Positions 26,501 to 40,950 of a DNA stretch of 64,000 bases are shown here, one piece after another. The notes beneath the pieces were generated by a model that saw only the letters and a program-made list of their open reading frames with translations, was not told the origin of the DNA and made no database searches. Where the stretch lies: assembly GCF_000002075.1 (NCBI RefSeq), contig NW_004798235.1:108285-172284 (forward strand). Reading direction: 5' to 3'. Every line of letters begins with the position of its first letter. Within the stretch, counting starts at the first letter, position 1. Made by a program: the position numbers and the translations under genes. The DNA comes from Aplysia californica. Lineage: Eukaryota.

Positions 26501-29500
26501 GCTCATTATTTTCCTTCATGTTGTGTTGTAGGTTCAAGGAGAAGTCATAATGGAAATGCTACTTTATTGATATTCACTTTGAAAATGTTTTTAACACGGA
26601 CCTAATGACGACCTAGCATATGGTACCAGATGGTTGTAAAGGGAACCACTCCGTTGGTAATTGCTGAGGTTCAGTTCCTTGTTTGATATTGGGGTTCTGT
26701 TTCTTGTTTTGACATTGTTTTAGTCTGTCTCTTTCCAGATTGAGAAAATAAACTAATCGAAAAGGGGTTGGGTTTCTTTCGTTGTTTAAATATTTTTAAA
26801 ATTCTGGAGCCAAGTCTTTGTATCATAATTACTTCATGTTTTTTCTGTCATAGTACTATTATTTTCATAGGTTGTCTAAAAAAAGCACTATGTTCTGTTT
26901 AAACAGTGATGCTTTGATAGTCATATTCACTTCAATGTTGTAACTGTGATGTGTATTTTCATTTCAGGCAATCACATCTATGACTTTTTTATTGGTCGCG
27001 AACTTAACCCAAGAATTGGACCCTTGGATCTCAAGTTTTTCTTTGAACTGAGGCCAGGCCTTATTGGATGGGTCGTGCTGGATTGGATCATGGTCGTCAA
27101 AGCCTACCAGGAAACTGGAGTGTGGCCTCCCAATCTGATCCTCGCCACGTTTTTCCAGACTCTGTATGTTGCAGATGCACTTTGGTTTGAGGTAAGCTGA
27201 CTTTTTGGTTGGATTGCTGTTCACAGACACTAATTATCAATCTACTTAATATTCTATTGTGGTGGGTGGTTGGTTGGTAGGTGCTCTGGAATGGTTTGCT
27301 TTCCTCTGACACATCTACCGTCCCGATCTCTGCTCTTTTTTTGTGTGTTTTTGTTATGATTTTGTAGCACCTGTAATCTTCGGTGCTTGTATGACCTTAT
27401 TGTGTTGCAAGTGCCGTTAAACTCTTACTGAAACGGAAAAAAAAAATTATCTTAGTTTTCCTTTTTGTCTGCATATCGCCATGGGCGCTCTGGTATAGTC
27501 TTCTCCAAACACTTCTTTTCAATGTTTGTGTTGCCCTATTCTGTTTCTGGTGAAAAGTCTGTTATTTTGCTGACCCTAACTGAATTATGAAAGTCAACTG
27601 GGCCATCTGTCTGATGAGTATTTGGTTGATTTTAAGGGGGGGGGGGGGTGGTTCTGTTTACACATGATTTACATTCTGTTATGATGATATATGAAGAGTG
27701 GGGAACTGGTCAACTATAAACATGTCCGTGAAATGGAGGCATTTATGTCTTGGCCTTTATAGGTGTACTAAGTTTTATTTTTAGTATGGAGTACACTTTT
27801 TGAACGATATGCTTTATTATTGCGTCGACAGTTTGTTTAGCACTTTCTACATTTGGGTTTTTTCCTCCTTTTTTTCTTTGTAAAAACTAAATTAATATTC
27901 AGTACTTTGAAATTATTTTGATAACCTTTAAATTTTTTCCCTCCTCATGAAGGATGCTATTCTTACTACCATGGACATCATTCACGACGGCTTTGGCTTC
28001 ATGCTTGCCTTTGGCGATCTGGCCTGGGTTCCCTTCTTGTACTCCCTGCAACCACGGTTCCTGCTTGAGAGTGGGTTCACTTTGCCCTGGTACTGTCTAG
28101 CACCTATCGCCCTACTGAACTGTGAGTTTGCATTTTTTTTTCTTTTATAGGGGTTGATGAGAGATTTTTATTTAAATATCTTTGAATGATATGGCTACTC
28201 TCACTGCTTTTATTATTATGAAATTACAACTATTGAAATTTCATGTGTCAAATTTGGGCCGCAAGTCAGATTTGCCGCCAGGGGGAGGGGTTCATTTCTT
28301 CCTAAACAATCATTTCTGCTGTTTCATGGGCATATGTAAACAGAGCTGTAGAGCACAATTGCTGTGTGAACAGACATGCCAAGTTCTCCGATAAAATTTC
28401 TTAAAAAAAAATTTTGGGGGGGGGGGAACTATCAAAGAACCACATTTATTTATGCATAAAATCCATTTTTCTTCTCAGATTCCATTTACATCAGTCATAC
28501 GCAACTTAAAGTTAATATATAAAAAAAAGCACAGGTTTATTGCTATATTTGTAAGCCTTGTGGTAATATGAAGGTTTATTTGCAATATTTTAGCAACTTA
28601 TCTTAATGACTTGATAATATACTTTTTTTTTACTTGTATTTTTTTGCAATACACATTGTTATTTATTTGCCATGGTGAATTTACTGGGATTTTGGAAACT
28701 CCAATTTTAAAAAATCCAAACTGATTTTTAAGGCCATCTGCGGGTGAGATTTTCCCCATTTTTCCCCAGTTTGACCATACAGTTTTTCCTCTCCATTTTT
28801 GAAACCTACATCCATTTCCATCAAAGTTTCAAGCGTCCGTTTCAATCAATTATATTTCAAAGTCATTTAAAAATGGGTTAAAAAAAATATTTTGCAATTT
28901 TGGGTCATGTTTTTTAATATTTTCTCAATTTTTAAAAAATATTTATTTTTTCGACTTTAAATTACATCTTTTCTTTTCTTTTCCACCTGAATAGCTTCAT
29001 TATTTAACACAATGTACATCCAATGGAGACCTATACTGAAATAGAGCCCTTTTTGAAGATACTCTAAGATTAAACTTACAATCGGTGTTTTTGTTGGGAA
29101 TTTTGAGATTTTTTTGCTCTTCATCTATGTACACATTTCCAGAGTCCATAATTATTTTTTGAATAATAATATTACAAATCTGGCGTTATTTCTTCATTAT
29201 ATAGGTGTTGTAGTTTGTACTTGCTAAAAGTGAAAGCCAACGGACGAAAACTAAGAGAGAAGATAGCTTTTGAAATTTGATAAAATATCCAATATGGCGG
29301 ATGTTTGCTTGGTTACCATGGTAACCATGTGCTTATGATAATAAATAATTACTTGAATTAATTCTTTAATGTCTGACTAATATGAATATATCATCTTTGC
29401 TACATATAGTCAAGGGATATGGATTTTAGAAATTCCACCAGCAGATGGCCTTAAGAAGATTATGAGGAAGAATATTTCTGGTCATGAAGTGGTTGGCAGG

Positions 29501-32500
29501 TTAAAACTTTTCGTGGTAGGCCCTGCCCATTGATTCTAAGTTAAACTCAAAGGTGGAATTTCTTCCGTATTGAAGTTATAACTGATCTTTTTAATTTGGA
29601 AACTTATCTTGATATCTCTTTGTGTCTTAAGTTTTTTCAATTAGTCAGTGAGGTCAATGAATGATGATTATTATTTAATACTTTGAGGGATATGTCTATA
29701 AATGTTATTTCTTTTATTTCCTTCTAGTTGTAGGATTTGCAATCTTTAGGATGTCCAATTCCCAAAAGAACTTGTTCAGAAAAGACCCCAAGAATCCTGC
29801 TCTAGCTGGTGAGTGTTTTGTGCCTTTATTTCTGGTGTGATCCTGTGATCATTAGTAATATTAAAAAAGTCCTATCTTTTTGGACTCTGCTGAGGCCAAA
29901 AGAGCTGACCTGCTCTTACCTTTTTAACCCGAGTGATTTCCATGTTTCACACCGAAGAAATATATGGCTTCTACATTTTATAGCAACAATTTAATTTCTA
30001 TGCAGTGATTCACATTTTACTAAACAGGATATGATGATAGAATAAAGTCTAGTTATCAGATGTTTCAAGTTTTGGAAATGTTGACATTAATTGCATATTT
30101 TCCTTTACCCCAAGCTTGCTAAGTTTCTCCTTGTCTTAAGGTTGACTGGGTCATTGGCCCTGTGGAGAGGATTTTTAGTTGTTCAAGTTGTGTAGGAGAA
30201 AAACTTGATGGATGGGTGGTCAGCAGGAGAGTTTTAGAGGAAGAAGTTGTTGAATAGTATAGATAGTAATGCCGGGAATTGTTCTATGCTCTTTTTATGA
30301 CTTTAGATTATCATGACATTTTGAAGATTGATAATAGAAATTTAAAAAAAAATGTTTCCATTATGGTTTTGAAATCCTTGACTTTATTCAATGCACGTAG
30401 AGTATAAGTTACCAGAGTTGTTGAAAGGTTTTGATCAACAGGATAACACTGTTACTCTTTCACTTTCAGTAAACGTATATCAATGCCAGTGTTTGTTTTC
30501 GGTAGTTAACCTTTTCTATGGTTGTGTAGTGACGTGGTCCATCACAGTATGGGCCTTAATAAATGTTTTGAGTTGTATTTTTACTTTCCACCCTCACTGT
30601 TGTGAGTATTGCTGAACCTGCTTGAACAGCCACTTGTTCAAAATAATTACCTTTACAAAAGACCCCCCCCTTGTTTAAAAAAAAAATATACTGCTTTTCT
30701 CCTCGACAATTCGAAGGTTATGGGTTGCTACCTTCGACTATCAACTTCAGTTGATGATGTCTTTGTTTTTTTAAAAACGTTTTTACTGACTTCTTGCGTG
30801 GAAGGTGTGGCTTATTATTTTAATTCAACATAATATGCTGCAACTTATCAATCTTTCGTGTCCAGTATTTATCAAACAAGGACACACAGTATTGTTTGTC
30901 GTTTGGTCTATTCTCTTTTAACTTGAACATTCTTTTCTCCTATTTCTCCCCCCCCCCCCCCAATTTTCTCTTTGATTTTCATGTGTTCGTGTCTTCTACT
31001 CTTTTTTACCTGATCTCCCCTTTTTTTAAAGTGTCTTTTCTTTTTTGAGAAAAGGCGCAAATTAAGTGCAATGACCAATTAGTAACAGCTTAATGTAGAG
31101 ACGATTGTATTTTTTCACCAGGAATCGAGACTCTCCCAACTCAGTCTGGGAAGAAACTGCTTGTTGGAGGCTGGTGGGGTCTATGCAGAAAACCAAATTA
31201 CCTAGGGGATCTCATTATGGCTCTGTCATGGTCACTTTGCACAGGTAAGTGCTGGGCTCAATTTTTGTTCAGAATTATTGAGAGCAGTGTTTCTTAACCT
31301 GGGTTCTGTTGAATCAGATCAGTGAGTCAGTCTCAGGGGTTAGGCAGAGGTCAAGACACACACGCGCACACGCACACAAACTCACCATCACCCCAGCTGA
31401 ACCGAGAACTCTCTCTCTTTGCTTTCTGGTGGCCGCTGATTAAATCTCAGACATTGAGAAACTGACAAGATCTTTTGCCGTCTATGGCTGGTTACCTATT
31501 CCCACTTGGGTGAAGCAAGGAAATTTTGTGTGGAGTTCCTTTCTCCAAGGACACAATATTGGGCTGTTGGCAGGTTTCAAAACCTTTCAGTTACCAACTC
31601 AGCATAACTTTTGATGTTTCTTGGTGGAGGGGGTAGTGCCTGAAACATTGAGTTAATTTGCATTATAGAAGAAGGTTCAGAATGACTTGTTCTCAAGTCA
31701 TTCAGCTTCTTGTGGCTCCTAAAAGTTTATTACATACCATAAAACATGTGCCATTTTGAAGATAGAGCCTTTGATCTTGTGGTTAGAATGATAGAGAAAG
31801 GGAAGAAAATATGTGAATGGAAAAACCTAAGAAAATGTTACATATGCACCCAGAGCTGGGATGCTTACAGAGGGATTATTATACCTCATGCTAGTGTTGT
31901 CAGTCCATTTGTTTGTTTAGCCATCTGGGGGGAGTGGGTTCTTGACAAAAAAATATTTTAAAATAAAAAATAACCAATAAAGTTTTTAAAAAGCCAAAAA
32001 CAGTACAACTGCATGGCTTGACAATGTTTGATAATATGAGTTCTTCAAAAGACATCTTGAGCTTTTTCTGATCCTACAGGCCTATCCTTCATAAGCTTTT
32101 AGCGTTATTTTTTTTATAGTTGTTCTGTGCCGACGTCTGAATGAAAATAGTCTGTTTGTGTGTGCATGTGTGTGTATAAATTATATATATTGCATAAGAA
32201 GAAAGGAAGTAGTAAGAAAGGTTTTGAAAATGGGTACTCCAATGTAAAGCGCATTAAGCTACTTTTGTTGGAAATGCGCTATATTAATGTTATATATTAT
32301 TATTATTATTATTATTATTCCCTATTTGTTGTGTGTTTCTCCCAGGTTTCCACCACATAATTCCCTACTTCTACCCGCTGTACTTCCTGGTCCTCCTGGT
32401 GCACCGCGAGCGCCGCGACAACGAGCAGTGTCAGCAGAAGCACGGGGCTGCATGGGATCGCTACTGCGAGAGAGTCAAGTACAGGATCTTCCCTTACATC

Positions 32501-32506
32501 TACTGA
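20568..32506 (+). CDS. LBR: Lamin B receptor / delta(14)-sterol reductase, ~578 aa
   Basis: Exons 20568-20582 (MKETR, weak donor, least certain), 21294-21425 (RS-rich), 23061-23306, 23892-24092, 25184-25373, 26288-26482, 26968-27191, 27953-28121, 29728-29808, 31122-31244, 32346-32506; 1737 nt in frame. Intact [62 protein letters not shown] and YRIFPYIY motifs. Confidence 0.93.
22148..22328 (+). mobile_element. 175-bp retroposon copy with TSD ATACTGATT
   Basis: 9-bp direct repeat on both sides. Confidence 0.85.
22790..22940 (-). mobile_element. 175-bp retroposon copy with TSD-like TAGAATTC, inserted into a CORE-type SINE remnant
   Basis: Reverse complement of the family consensus, with TAGAATTC close to both ends. 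Confidence 0.75.
27262..27435 (+). mobile_element. 175-bp retroposon copy
   Basis: Family similarity including the 3' hairpin. Confidence 0.8.
28732..29450. mobile_element. Non-autonomous DNA transposon with TTAA TSD and GG termini (Kolobok-like) in an LBR intron
   Basis: TTAA-GGCCATCTGC ... GCAGATGGCC-TTAA, imperfect TIR of ~20 bp. Confidence 0.8.
32170..32320 (+). mobile_element. 3' end of an L2-like LINE with (TAT)n tail
   Basis: GTAAAGCGC...GCGCTATATTAATG-(TAT)n. Near-identical inverted copy at 40775-40950. Confidence 0.7.
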
Positions 32507-35500
32507 GCAGGCCCGGACGGGTGTGTGTTGGTGGAACTACCGTGCTCCAAAATCAAGACTACATCATTTCCTTTTTTTTCCTCCGAGAAGGTTCCTGTTG
32601 TGTAATACAGACGTGATCATCATCATCATCGTCACAGGTCCAGCTCTTAGAATGGCATGGTTCGCTCAGCATGTTTGAAAGCGAAAAAAGGAGCTTTCTG
32701 CTCTGACCATGCCTGAAGCCTTCTTTTTCATCCGTCACAGTGTAAGACCAGTTTTGCGTACAATTTCTTCCGTTTCGTGTGAAGTTTTGAAGTAAAAATG
32801 TTTGTTTGCTAAAAGTGAGACTATGAAAATTTCAATCAATGCTTTCTCTTAGAGTCAAGAGCCATGTCATTTTATGTGCGTGAAATATATGAAAGTTGGT
32901 GGTTTCATCGTTGTCATCTTCTGGAAATATTTATATTCTTAAGATTAATTTTATACTTAATGCAGCAGAATTGATGTTCAGTTCTAGTGTGCCATTTATG
33001 TAAGAACATGTGGCTGTATAAGTTGGAATGTAATAAGTGATATATTGCAAATTGCTCTCACTGTTGCTTGAAAACTTGGCTGCCTGATCATCTTGACTGA
33101 ATGGCTTTGTTTTTTTTTGGGTTTTTTTGTTTTTTTTCAAATCTTTTACAAAATGAATCATAAAATTCCTTTAGCTCTCTAATCATGGACATAAAGTGTT
33201 CCCACTGATATAAGGTTAAATAATTCACGAAAGAGAAACGTGTTTACTATGAATTGAGTAATACAGGGTTATAGATGTTATAAGTAGAAAAAGCTGTATG
33301 TCCATAGAACAGAGAAGAGGTAGGCTATTCAGAGTCAGAGAAGCAAGGAAAAAGCCAGAATGAGTTGAGAATAGAAATGTACTAATATGAAACTTCAGAA
33401 AAGTTCAGTGTGTAAAGAAGCACAATGTTATTTTTGTTCGTACCTTCCCCTCAGCAGTTTTGATTGGCTGGTTTTTAATGATACTGCCGAAAAATGTCTA
33501 ACTAATCTACATGAGCATGCAGAAAAAATATATATTATTTTCATAAACTCTAACATTGGTTTTTATGTACTTAAATTGAATATTTAGTGCATTGGGAATA
33601 TGTTTATTCTGCACTGGCCCTTTTGCTACTGACATTCCATGTAATCAGCAAATGCAGGTGTCTATGTGGACCAGCACAAGACTGTTTGCTAAGGTTTTGA
33701 AAGGCCAGTTTGGATGTTTTTAAAAGCAGATTGGTTGCTGGGGTTTGGTGTAACAAGTTGCTCCTCACTTCAGTAATGTGCAGGGTTTGGGTGTTCATTG
33801 ACTTAGTAAAGAACTATTAATTTAATCCTTCAAGAAAGATTTCGTCTCAATATTGGTCCTCAACTTAATATTTACTTTTTCAAACCCTATTCGGGTGTTA
33901 CTGGAAACCATTAGAACCAGATTTATAATATTTTTACGATTGATGGCTTTGAAGACCGAAATACGACAAAGTAGACATAATCTAATTTCATTCTTTGAGA
34001 GCATATAAAAGTTGTTCAAAGAAATTGGTAAGCGATCCTCGAGTACCTCCTGGAGTGTTCTTTTCTGCGTGATAAGTTTGAATCTGTGCCTCTTGTACTA
34101 TTGTTATTGAGAATGTATTACTGGCGTTCAGCTTGCTCTTTGGCATTGTGTAGAGAAAAAGTTGTAGATTTATCTTTTATTATGGAGGTGCAGCCAGCTT
34201 TCTAGTCTTTTGTTCCCTTTTTTGCCTTAGTTTAGATGTGAATTTAGATGGTTTCAGAGTAGTGTGTGTAGTCTGAAGCATGACAAGTTCTCATTTTCAA
34301 CAAACACCATTTGTAATGGCCAATTGGTCAATGTTATATTATTTTGTTGGTCATATTCCTTACATGATGCTTTTGTTCATTTAAGTTGATTTGTGTTATG
34401 TTAAGACGGTGAGGTGTGGAATTATTTGTAGCTGCACTTGCAAGTATACTGCACCATAATTCATAATTTTTAACAACTGTTTTGCTCAAAGAAAACTGGC
34501 ACCCATAATAAGCAGTGACCTCCGTAATATGCAAAGTTGAACTGGTTTGCATTCTTGTCCTTAAGCCTTAATGCCATTATAAAATTTGCTTTTGTTTTGT
34601 CAAGTTAAAGATGGCATATTCCCCCCCTCTGCCAACCCAGCGTCTCATTTTATTTTGTAGCGTTTTCAGTGGACCCATCATCTCTCCCAGGAACCATATT
34701 CTTTCTGTCATCTTGTCTTTCCTTCATTGGGTTTTGTTACTTATTGAGACTTGGTATTCCTCACCCTTGTTTTGAGCTTCATATTTCACCCATTTACAAG
34801 TTTCTACCTCTTCGTAAGTGGCACACAGATTTCTAATGGTTTATTCTGGACAGGAGGCCGGCCTGTTCAAGTTCACACATTTATATAATTCAGATTTGTT
34901 TTTTCGTTAAACATGCAATAGAATTCTGCTAACATTGGGAAGTTTTTCCACATCTTCATTTCTGTGGGTTGAGTAATGTGCACCTGCATATTGTATTTGC
35001 ATTGTTAGATTTCCTACATTGAGAAAAAAGTCAAAATCAAACTGCATCAAATCAAAGCTTGTTTTACACCTAGATTTCTCCAGGAGGACACTTTTTTTTT
35101 GTTTCTTGGCTTTTTATTGTTGCATTGTTGACTAATTAAATACTTTTTTTATCACATTATTGAAGCCAAAAGCGAAAATGTTCGCAGCCACCGCAACCAA
35201 TGTAACAGGAATGTATATTTTGAAGACAGCAAGATGTATGATTGAAGGTGTTGAAACTGCTGTGTGGTGTGCGCTCGAAAGGCCAGCCATGGCACCTGAG
35301 ATTCTTTTTGTTGTGTGTGTTGTATTCTGAGTAATCAAGACAATGGCAGTTCTCAGCTCTTTAAAAGGCAGCTTTTGGATGCTGGTTACTATGATGCACT
35401 CAGTATGCGGTCACAGAAGACATGAATGGAGAAAAAAAATAAGCTCTAAAAACACCTATAAAATGTGGATGCTTTCATGTGAAAAGGGATAATGGCCTTC

Positions 35501-37470
35501 AGTCTGTGCTTGTGAAATTAGTTGACATTTCAAAGCTTTAATTTGGAGGAATAATTAGAAAATATGCAAGAGTTTTCTTTCTTTCTTTTTTCTTTCATAT
35601 ATAGTACATTGCATAAATTATTTAGTGCCTTTGTGTTTATTTTAGGTAAGAAATGTATGTATATTGGCACTTTTTCCCTTCAAATAACCTCTCAAAAAAT
35701 GAAAACAAAAGTGAAATTTATTCATTTCGTTTACGTTGAGGTTCATCATTCTCACATCACCATTTTGCTCAGTCATTAGTCATATCATCATCCACGGGTC
35801 ATTCATTCATCGTACGAGGCTGCTGAAAATCTGCATTATAAACTTGCGTCCTTTCATGTTCATATTGTAAATAGTTTTTGTTTTGCATGGATTTGGTTCC
35901 TCATTGTCATTGCTTACAGTATTTTCCATTTACTTTCATGTTGTTGTAGAATTAGGTATGTCAAAATGTGTTTTTCCTTCTGGTCTGTAAAGCACACTTT
36001 TACTCTTGTGGTGTAGGAAAAATACTATGTATTTCTGTTAAAATGTTGAGAAAACCATTGTCACTTTGTTTAAAGCGCGACTCTCGGCTTGACTTCTTTT
36101 AGAGGGTTTGGTTAGCTCATTTAAAGTCGCAGTGTTTTTCTTAGTGAAATCTTCATAAAAGCAGCAGTTTTATTCTGAGCCAATTGTACAAAGGTTCAAT
36201 CTAATCTTTTAGTAAGAACATGGCAGCTTTGATCCTGAAACTACTTTGATCCAGTCGGTGGGGAAATGTATTTTCTCTTGAAACTATAGTGATGGTTTTT
36301 TAAAGTTTAGGTCTAGGGAATGAGGATAGGATTCACAGAGGTTTTTTGGGTTTTTAAAAAAATATGTGTCTTTATGCTAAGTTTTCTATTTCTTTTGACT
36401 CTGTTTGGCTGGTTTTTGTTTGGTCTGGATGTTCTATTGTGAAAGGCTACATAACATGTTACTGTGGTGTGGCCATAGAAGACCAGGTCTGAACTTGATA
36501 TTAATATTATAAAAGACAAGAGACTGTCACGTATATATATTAATATTTGGTTTCAGTATACACATAATATGAGATACTTGATACTTATGAAATATGCCAA
36601 TCATAAGTTAATAATCAAATTACTCGTACGTGTAATGCATCCGCCGTATTACTATCGGGGCACAGTGCCAAGTATAGGAGAATGGAAGCGTTGCATTAAC
36701 AGAGAGTGAAATATAAGAGGAATGCCGTGCATATTTTACTAACTATGATTATATAGGTCTCATATTAAAACATACTCTCCAAATATCTCCTCCATACCAG
36801 TGTATTTTGTACATGAAATTTAATATATGTGTATTTAACAGTGTGTACCACTGAGGATGAATGAAGCACTCTGTGTGTTTACTAGTGTGACTGAATGTCC
36901 TTTGTATGTTTAGATTTTTAAAGTACTCTACGCACTGCCTGAAAAAATGCCATAGTTAAGGGTGTTATTTTGATTGTTATGTGTTCTCTTTCTTTCCATG
37001 TCGTGGTCTGTTACAAGCTCAGTGGTTCACACAAAAGTTCACAAGAAGTATTATGATGGTCATGTTTGTGTGTTTTGAAGATCACACTGTCACAGGTATT
37101 GTTCCCTTCAAACTTCAATGAAATGCAGGAGTGCCTCATTTTGGATTGGGATGGTTTACGATATATATAAGCAGAGATGTATGTTTTGTTCTTTTGGTTT
37201 TATTTGTAGTATTTAGTAGAAGAGTGTTAACAGATTTGGATTAAGTTGAAATATATGTCTTTTGAAATTGTCATTTTCACAATATTTTTGTTCACGGCAC
37301 AGAGAGTGAATTGGTAGATGATTTTTGTCTCTTGTATGCAGAAGGGCCATGACGTATAATAATGAAATGTAATGACTCATAGAATCTCTTTTTAAAGTTT
37401 TATTACGGCCATTTGTGGAATTTTTTTTGTGTGTGTACTTGAAATGCGAACTTCCTGTTATTGTAATTGT

Positions 37471-37476
37471 AATAAA
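37471..37476 (+). terminator. Candidate distal poly(A) signal of LBR
   Basis: First canonical AATAAA I find after the stop at 32506, followed by GT-rich sequence. Confidence 0.5.
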
Positions 37477-39094
37477 GTTTGTTTGTGATCTGTAGCCACA
37501 ACTGTTTTTGCTTCCAAAGTTATTTATCGAGTCTGCTAAATCTAATCCGCACCCTTAACATTTTTTAAAAGCTCAAGCAGGTGAGAAATTTGGAATGAAA
37601 ATTAACATAAAAGACAAGTAATGAATCTCTCTAAAAACCAGACCCATCAAATATTCAAAATCAACAACACACAATTGAAGCAAGTTTAAGACTTGGTGGC
37701 AAATATTGACAACTCTTAACATGTGCTTACTGCACATATAAATAATAAATAAGTGTCGAAATCGACTGGGCGTGGAAATATTCACTTCATGAGCATGAAT
37801 TTTGTTTGTGAAACTATATATGTACGTTTAAATCCCGGTACAAAGAAATTACATTGCACGTGTGTAAAAGAAAGAATCTGGAACCTAAGAATCTGTTTGT
37901 TGTAGTTTGTGTTTTCTATGTGTGCGTGCTAGACTATTAAGACTGTATCCTTGGAAGTACAAGTGTATCCACATCAGCCGATGGAAAAATTGACCGTGAA
38001 ACTGGAATTAGAACATCAAATGCTGTCACCACCTAGCAACTGGCATCCCTCCTCTCCTGTCAAAAAATCCTACTGGAGACAGGTGTCACAAAGAACCAAC
38101 CCACCAGGTCAGCGTTATGCCATCTCTGCTACCAGTGACAACCCTCGACCTTCAATGAAAATAAGACGCGATACATTGAAAGCTAGCTCTGAATACTCAG
38201 AAAATCGCTAAAGCACTAGAAGAGAAAAAGAATTATAAAGACCTCAGACAAGTGGGCATCGAATCAAGCATTGGATTCAAGACCGAACAGTTTCCAAGAA
38301 ACAAAAAAGACAACTAACTACATGTACAGTAACTATATAAACGAAAATAAAATACATTTTTAAAAAGTACATTTAAAAATGGAACGACGGAGTCTTAGTC
38401 TTAGAGACCCTCCTTTAGAAATAACATCCAAAAGGTAACACAGCTGGCCCACAAATTCAAAGGTGTCTGAACAAACTGAAACTAAAACTGTTGGCAATAG
38501 TATTGATAACAAGTCACGTGTTTCTATAAAAATTTCTAATATCTCAATACCGTTTCACAGTATCATACTGTATGAATTTCAGGTAGCTCATATTTCGCAT
38601 CAATGATGGTTTTGTGACAAATGCGGTATCCATTATATGGTAGCAAAAATATACTTATTGATGATTAAATAAAGTACCAAAACGTGTATAAACCTAGTCT
38701 AATGAGTCCTTAAACTATAGCTTAATTTTTAAATTTATTATTTTCTTTGAGTCTGTATACCTCGCACTCGCAGTCAGACGGTGAAGACTTGGCTTGAGCC
38801 TCTGAAAATCTGCTCAGTAATCATTTAAAAAAAAGTTTAATTGTAGATATTTTACGCCCCCTTCGACGCAGTTTACATGATCATCCAGGCAGAGAGTTTT
38901 ACAGCATTACCACTGCATTTATTTTCAAGGCATTTCCGTTGATCACTGACCAGCATGGCTCCAGTTAGCTCGGAAGTGTCAATGGTGTTTTGTTGTAAAC
39001 TGCACCAATTCCAAAAACAAAAATCCAACTGTAGTAAACTCTGATCTGGGAGGAGACAAGACTTCGACTCTGCCTGTCAGTGCCAATCAGAGCT

Positions 39095-39365
39095 GATATT
39101 CGTCATCATCCGGTACCTTGCCGACTTGCGTGGGCGATCATGGACCTCCACTTCACTCTGTCTTGCGTTGCAGCAAAGGTGTCTGTTGTTCTTGCTGCTC
39201 CTAGCCATGTTGTCAGCTTGTCCAGTATCTTTTCCCTCTGTCTGCCTCTGCCTCTTTCCATCAAACTTGCCTGTTGTTACAATATTCTCCAATGCTTCTT
39301 TCCAGAATATGGGTACTGGATACAACGTCCCAACAGAAATAGCGAAAAATACTCTATGCATCATG
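39095..39365 (-). mobile_element. RTE-like LINE 3' fragment
   Basis: Remnant EALENIVTTGKFDGKR plus short (ATG) tail. Confidence 0.6.
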
Positions 39366-39374
39366 TAGACTACA

Positions 39375-39460
39375 AATTCCCTGACGGGAATCGAACTCGG
39401 GTCTTTTTGTCTTTTGTGTGCGACAACGAAGCGCCCAACAGCTACACCACAGACGCGGGC
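39375..39460 (-). mobile_element. tRNA-derived SINE head
   Basis: Minus strand has GTGGTGTAGCTG and CCCGAGTTCGATTCCC boxes but no proper anticodon arm. Confidence 0.55.
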
Positions 39461-40059
39461 CTAGTATATAATACAGTTTGTATATTATATTCTTTGAAAT
39501 ACGATATATTGTGCTGTGCAGCAGTTGCTTCTAACCGTTGCACTATCAAATGTAGCCACACCTGTCCAAGTCGACAGCCAATTGTCAAGGAAGAGAAGTG
39601 GTTATCTTAGACAGGTTGTCCTCTTGGGCAGTGCCGTTATAGCCCGCATGCAATGAAACAAAAACTCAAGGGGGGGGGGGGGGGGGTCGTTTGGACCAGT
39701 AACCGTCAGATGAGTCACAGCAGGTTGCTGTCACCAATTTAGAAGAATGCGTAGATTTTATATATATAAATGTTGATGTTACATATGATTATGACGCGCG
39801 TGTAGGCTACATCATGGCACACCTCAACCGTAGAGAGCAGCGAGAGCCACTGAAGTGGTTCTCTGAAAGTTTGAAATCTAGCATGGGGCCATCTGTTCAC
39901 TTGTTAAGGCTCAGTGAGCCTCATCCGCCCTGGCCCCTGGCCGTTAATACCAACCAGAATAATTACATATATGCATCCTCTGATGTCATGCTAGGACACC
40001 AGTTCATAATAATTATAATAAACACTAACAAACTGACAAGATCTTTCTCTGTCTATGGG

Positions 40060-40155
40060 TACCCATTCCCACCTCAGTGAAGTGAGGAAAATTCGTGTTG
40101 TAAAGTGCCTTTTCAAAGGATCCAACGTCGGGCCCCTGACGGGATTCGAACCTAC
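40060..40155 (-). mobile_element. CORE-like tRNA SINE fragment
   Basis: Minus strand GGTTCGAATCCC...GAAAAGGCACTTTACA...CACTGAGGTGGGAATGGGTACC. Related fragments at ~22700, ~31490, ~55000. Confidence 0.55.
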
Positions 40156-40774
40156 TATTCATGCAGTAGATTGTACTGTATACTGGATTACAAGTTAACC
40201 AGTAGCAGGTATTTTCCCTGACCGGACCTTTCAATAAGTTCAATGGGATCGATAATATAGGGCCTATAAATATAGATCTATCAACTGCTTGAAGTACATG
40301 TATTTAGGCTTATATTATAATAGGCCTGAAAGTTGGCACTAAAAACCAAGCTCAAAAGCAGCAACCCCCCCCCCCAAAAAAAACACACAAACAAACACAA
40401 AAAAACCCACAACAACAAACAAACAAACAACAACAACAACAACCCCCCCCCCCACAAAACAAACAAAAACAGCCACCAAAAAAAAAATTAATGGGGTTGA
40501 ATGTGCCCCCCCCCCTTTTTTTGGTGTGAAAATTTCGCCCCCCCCCCCCCCCGTTTATTATTAATATTTTGGACCACTTGTCCACACCTCTCCCTTTTAT
40601 TCCTACCCCCCCCCCCCTTTTTTTAATTCGATACCTTAGAGTAGCATAATCAATCCACTATTACATTACACGACATAATGATATCATGAAGAGTAAAGAA
40701 ATGATCGAGTTCGAAAATGTGAAGGACTTGGCAAATCAATGAAAATGAAACAACTGCTGAATAACTTTTAAATA

Positions 40775-40950
40775 ATAAATAATAATAATAATATATAACA
40801 TTTATATAGGGCCTAGCGCATTTCCAAAAAAAGTAGCTCAATGCGCTTTACATTGGAATACCCATTTTTCAAAAACCTTTCTTACTACTTCCTTTCTTCT
40901 CAAGCAATATACATTAATGCACACACACACACATATACACACACACACTT
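40775..40950 (-). mobile_element. 3' end of L2-like LINE, same family as 32170-32320
   Basis: Reverse complement of the 32170-32320 segment. Confidence 0.7.

Noticed and set aside
32504-32610. Stop readthrough or selenocysteine at the LBR TGA
   Set aside because: The protein ends at the family-typical IFPYIY, and I see no convincing SECIS or readthrough context.
39080-39610. 176-aa plus-strand ORF
   Set aside because: It is the antisense of an RTE fragment plus a SINE head.
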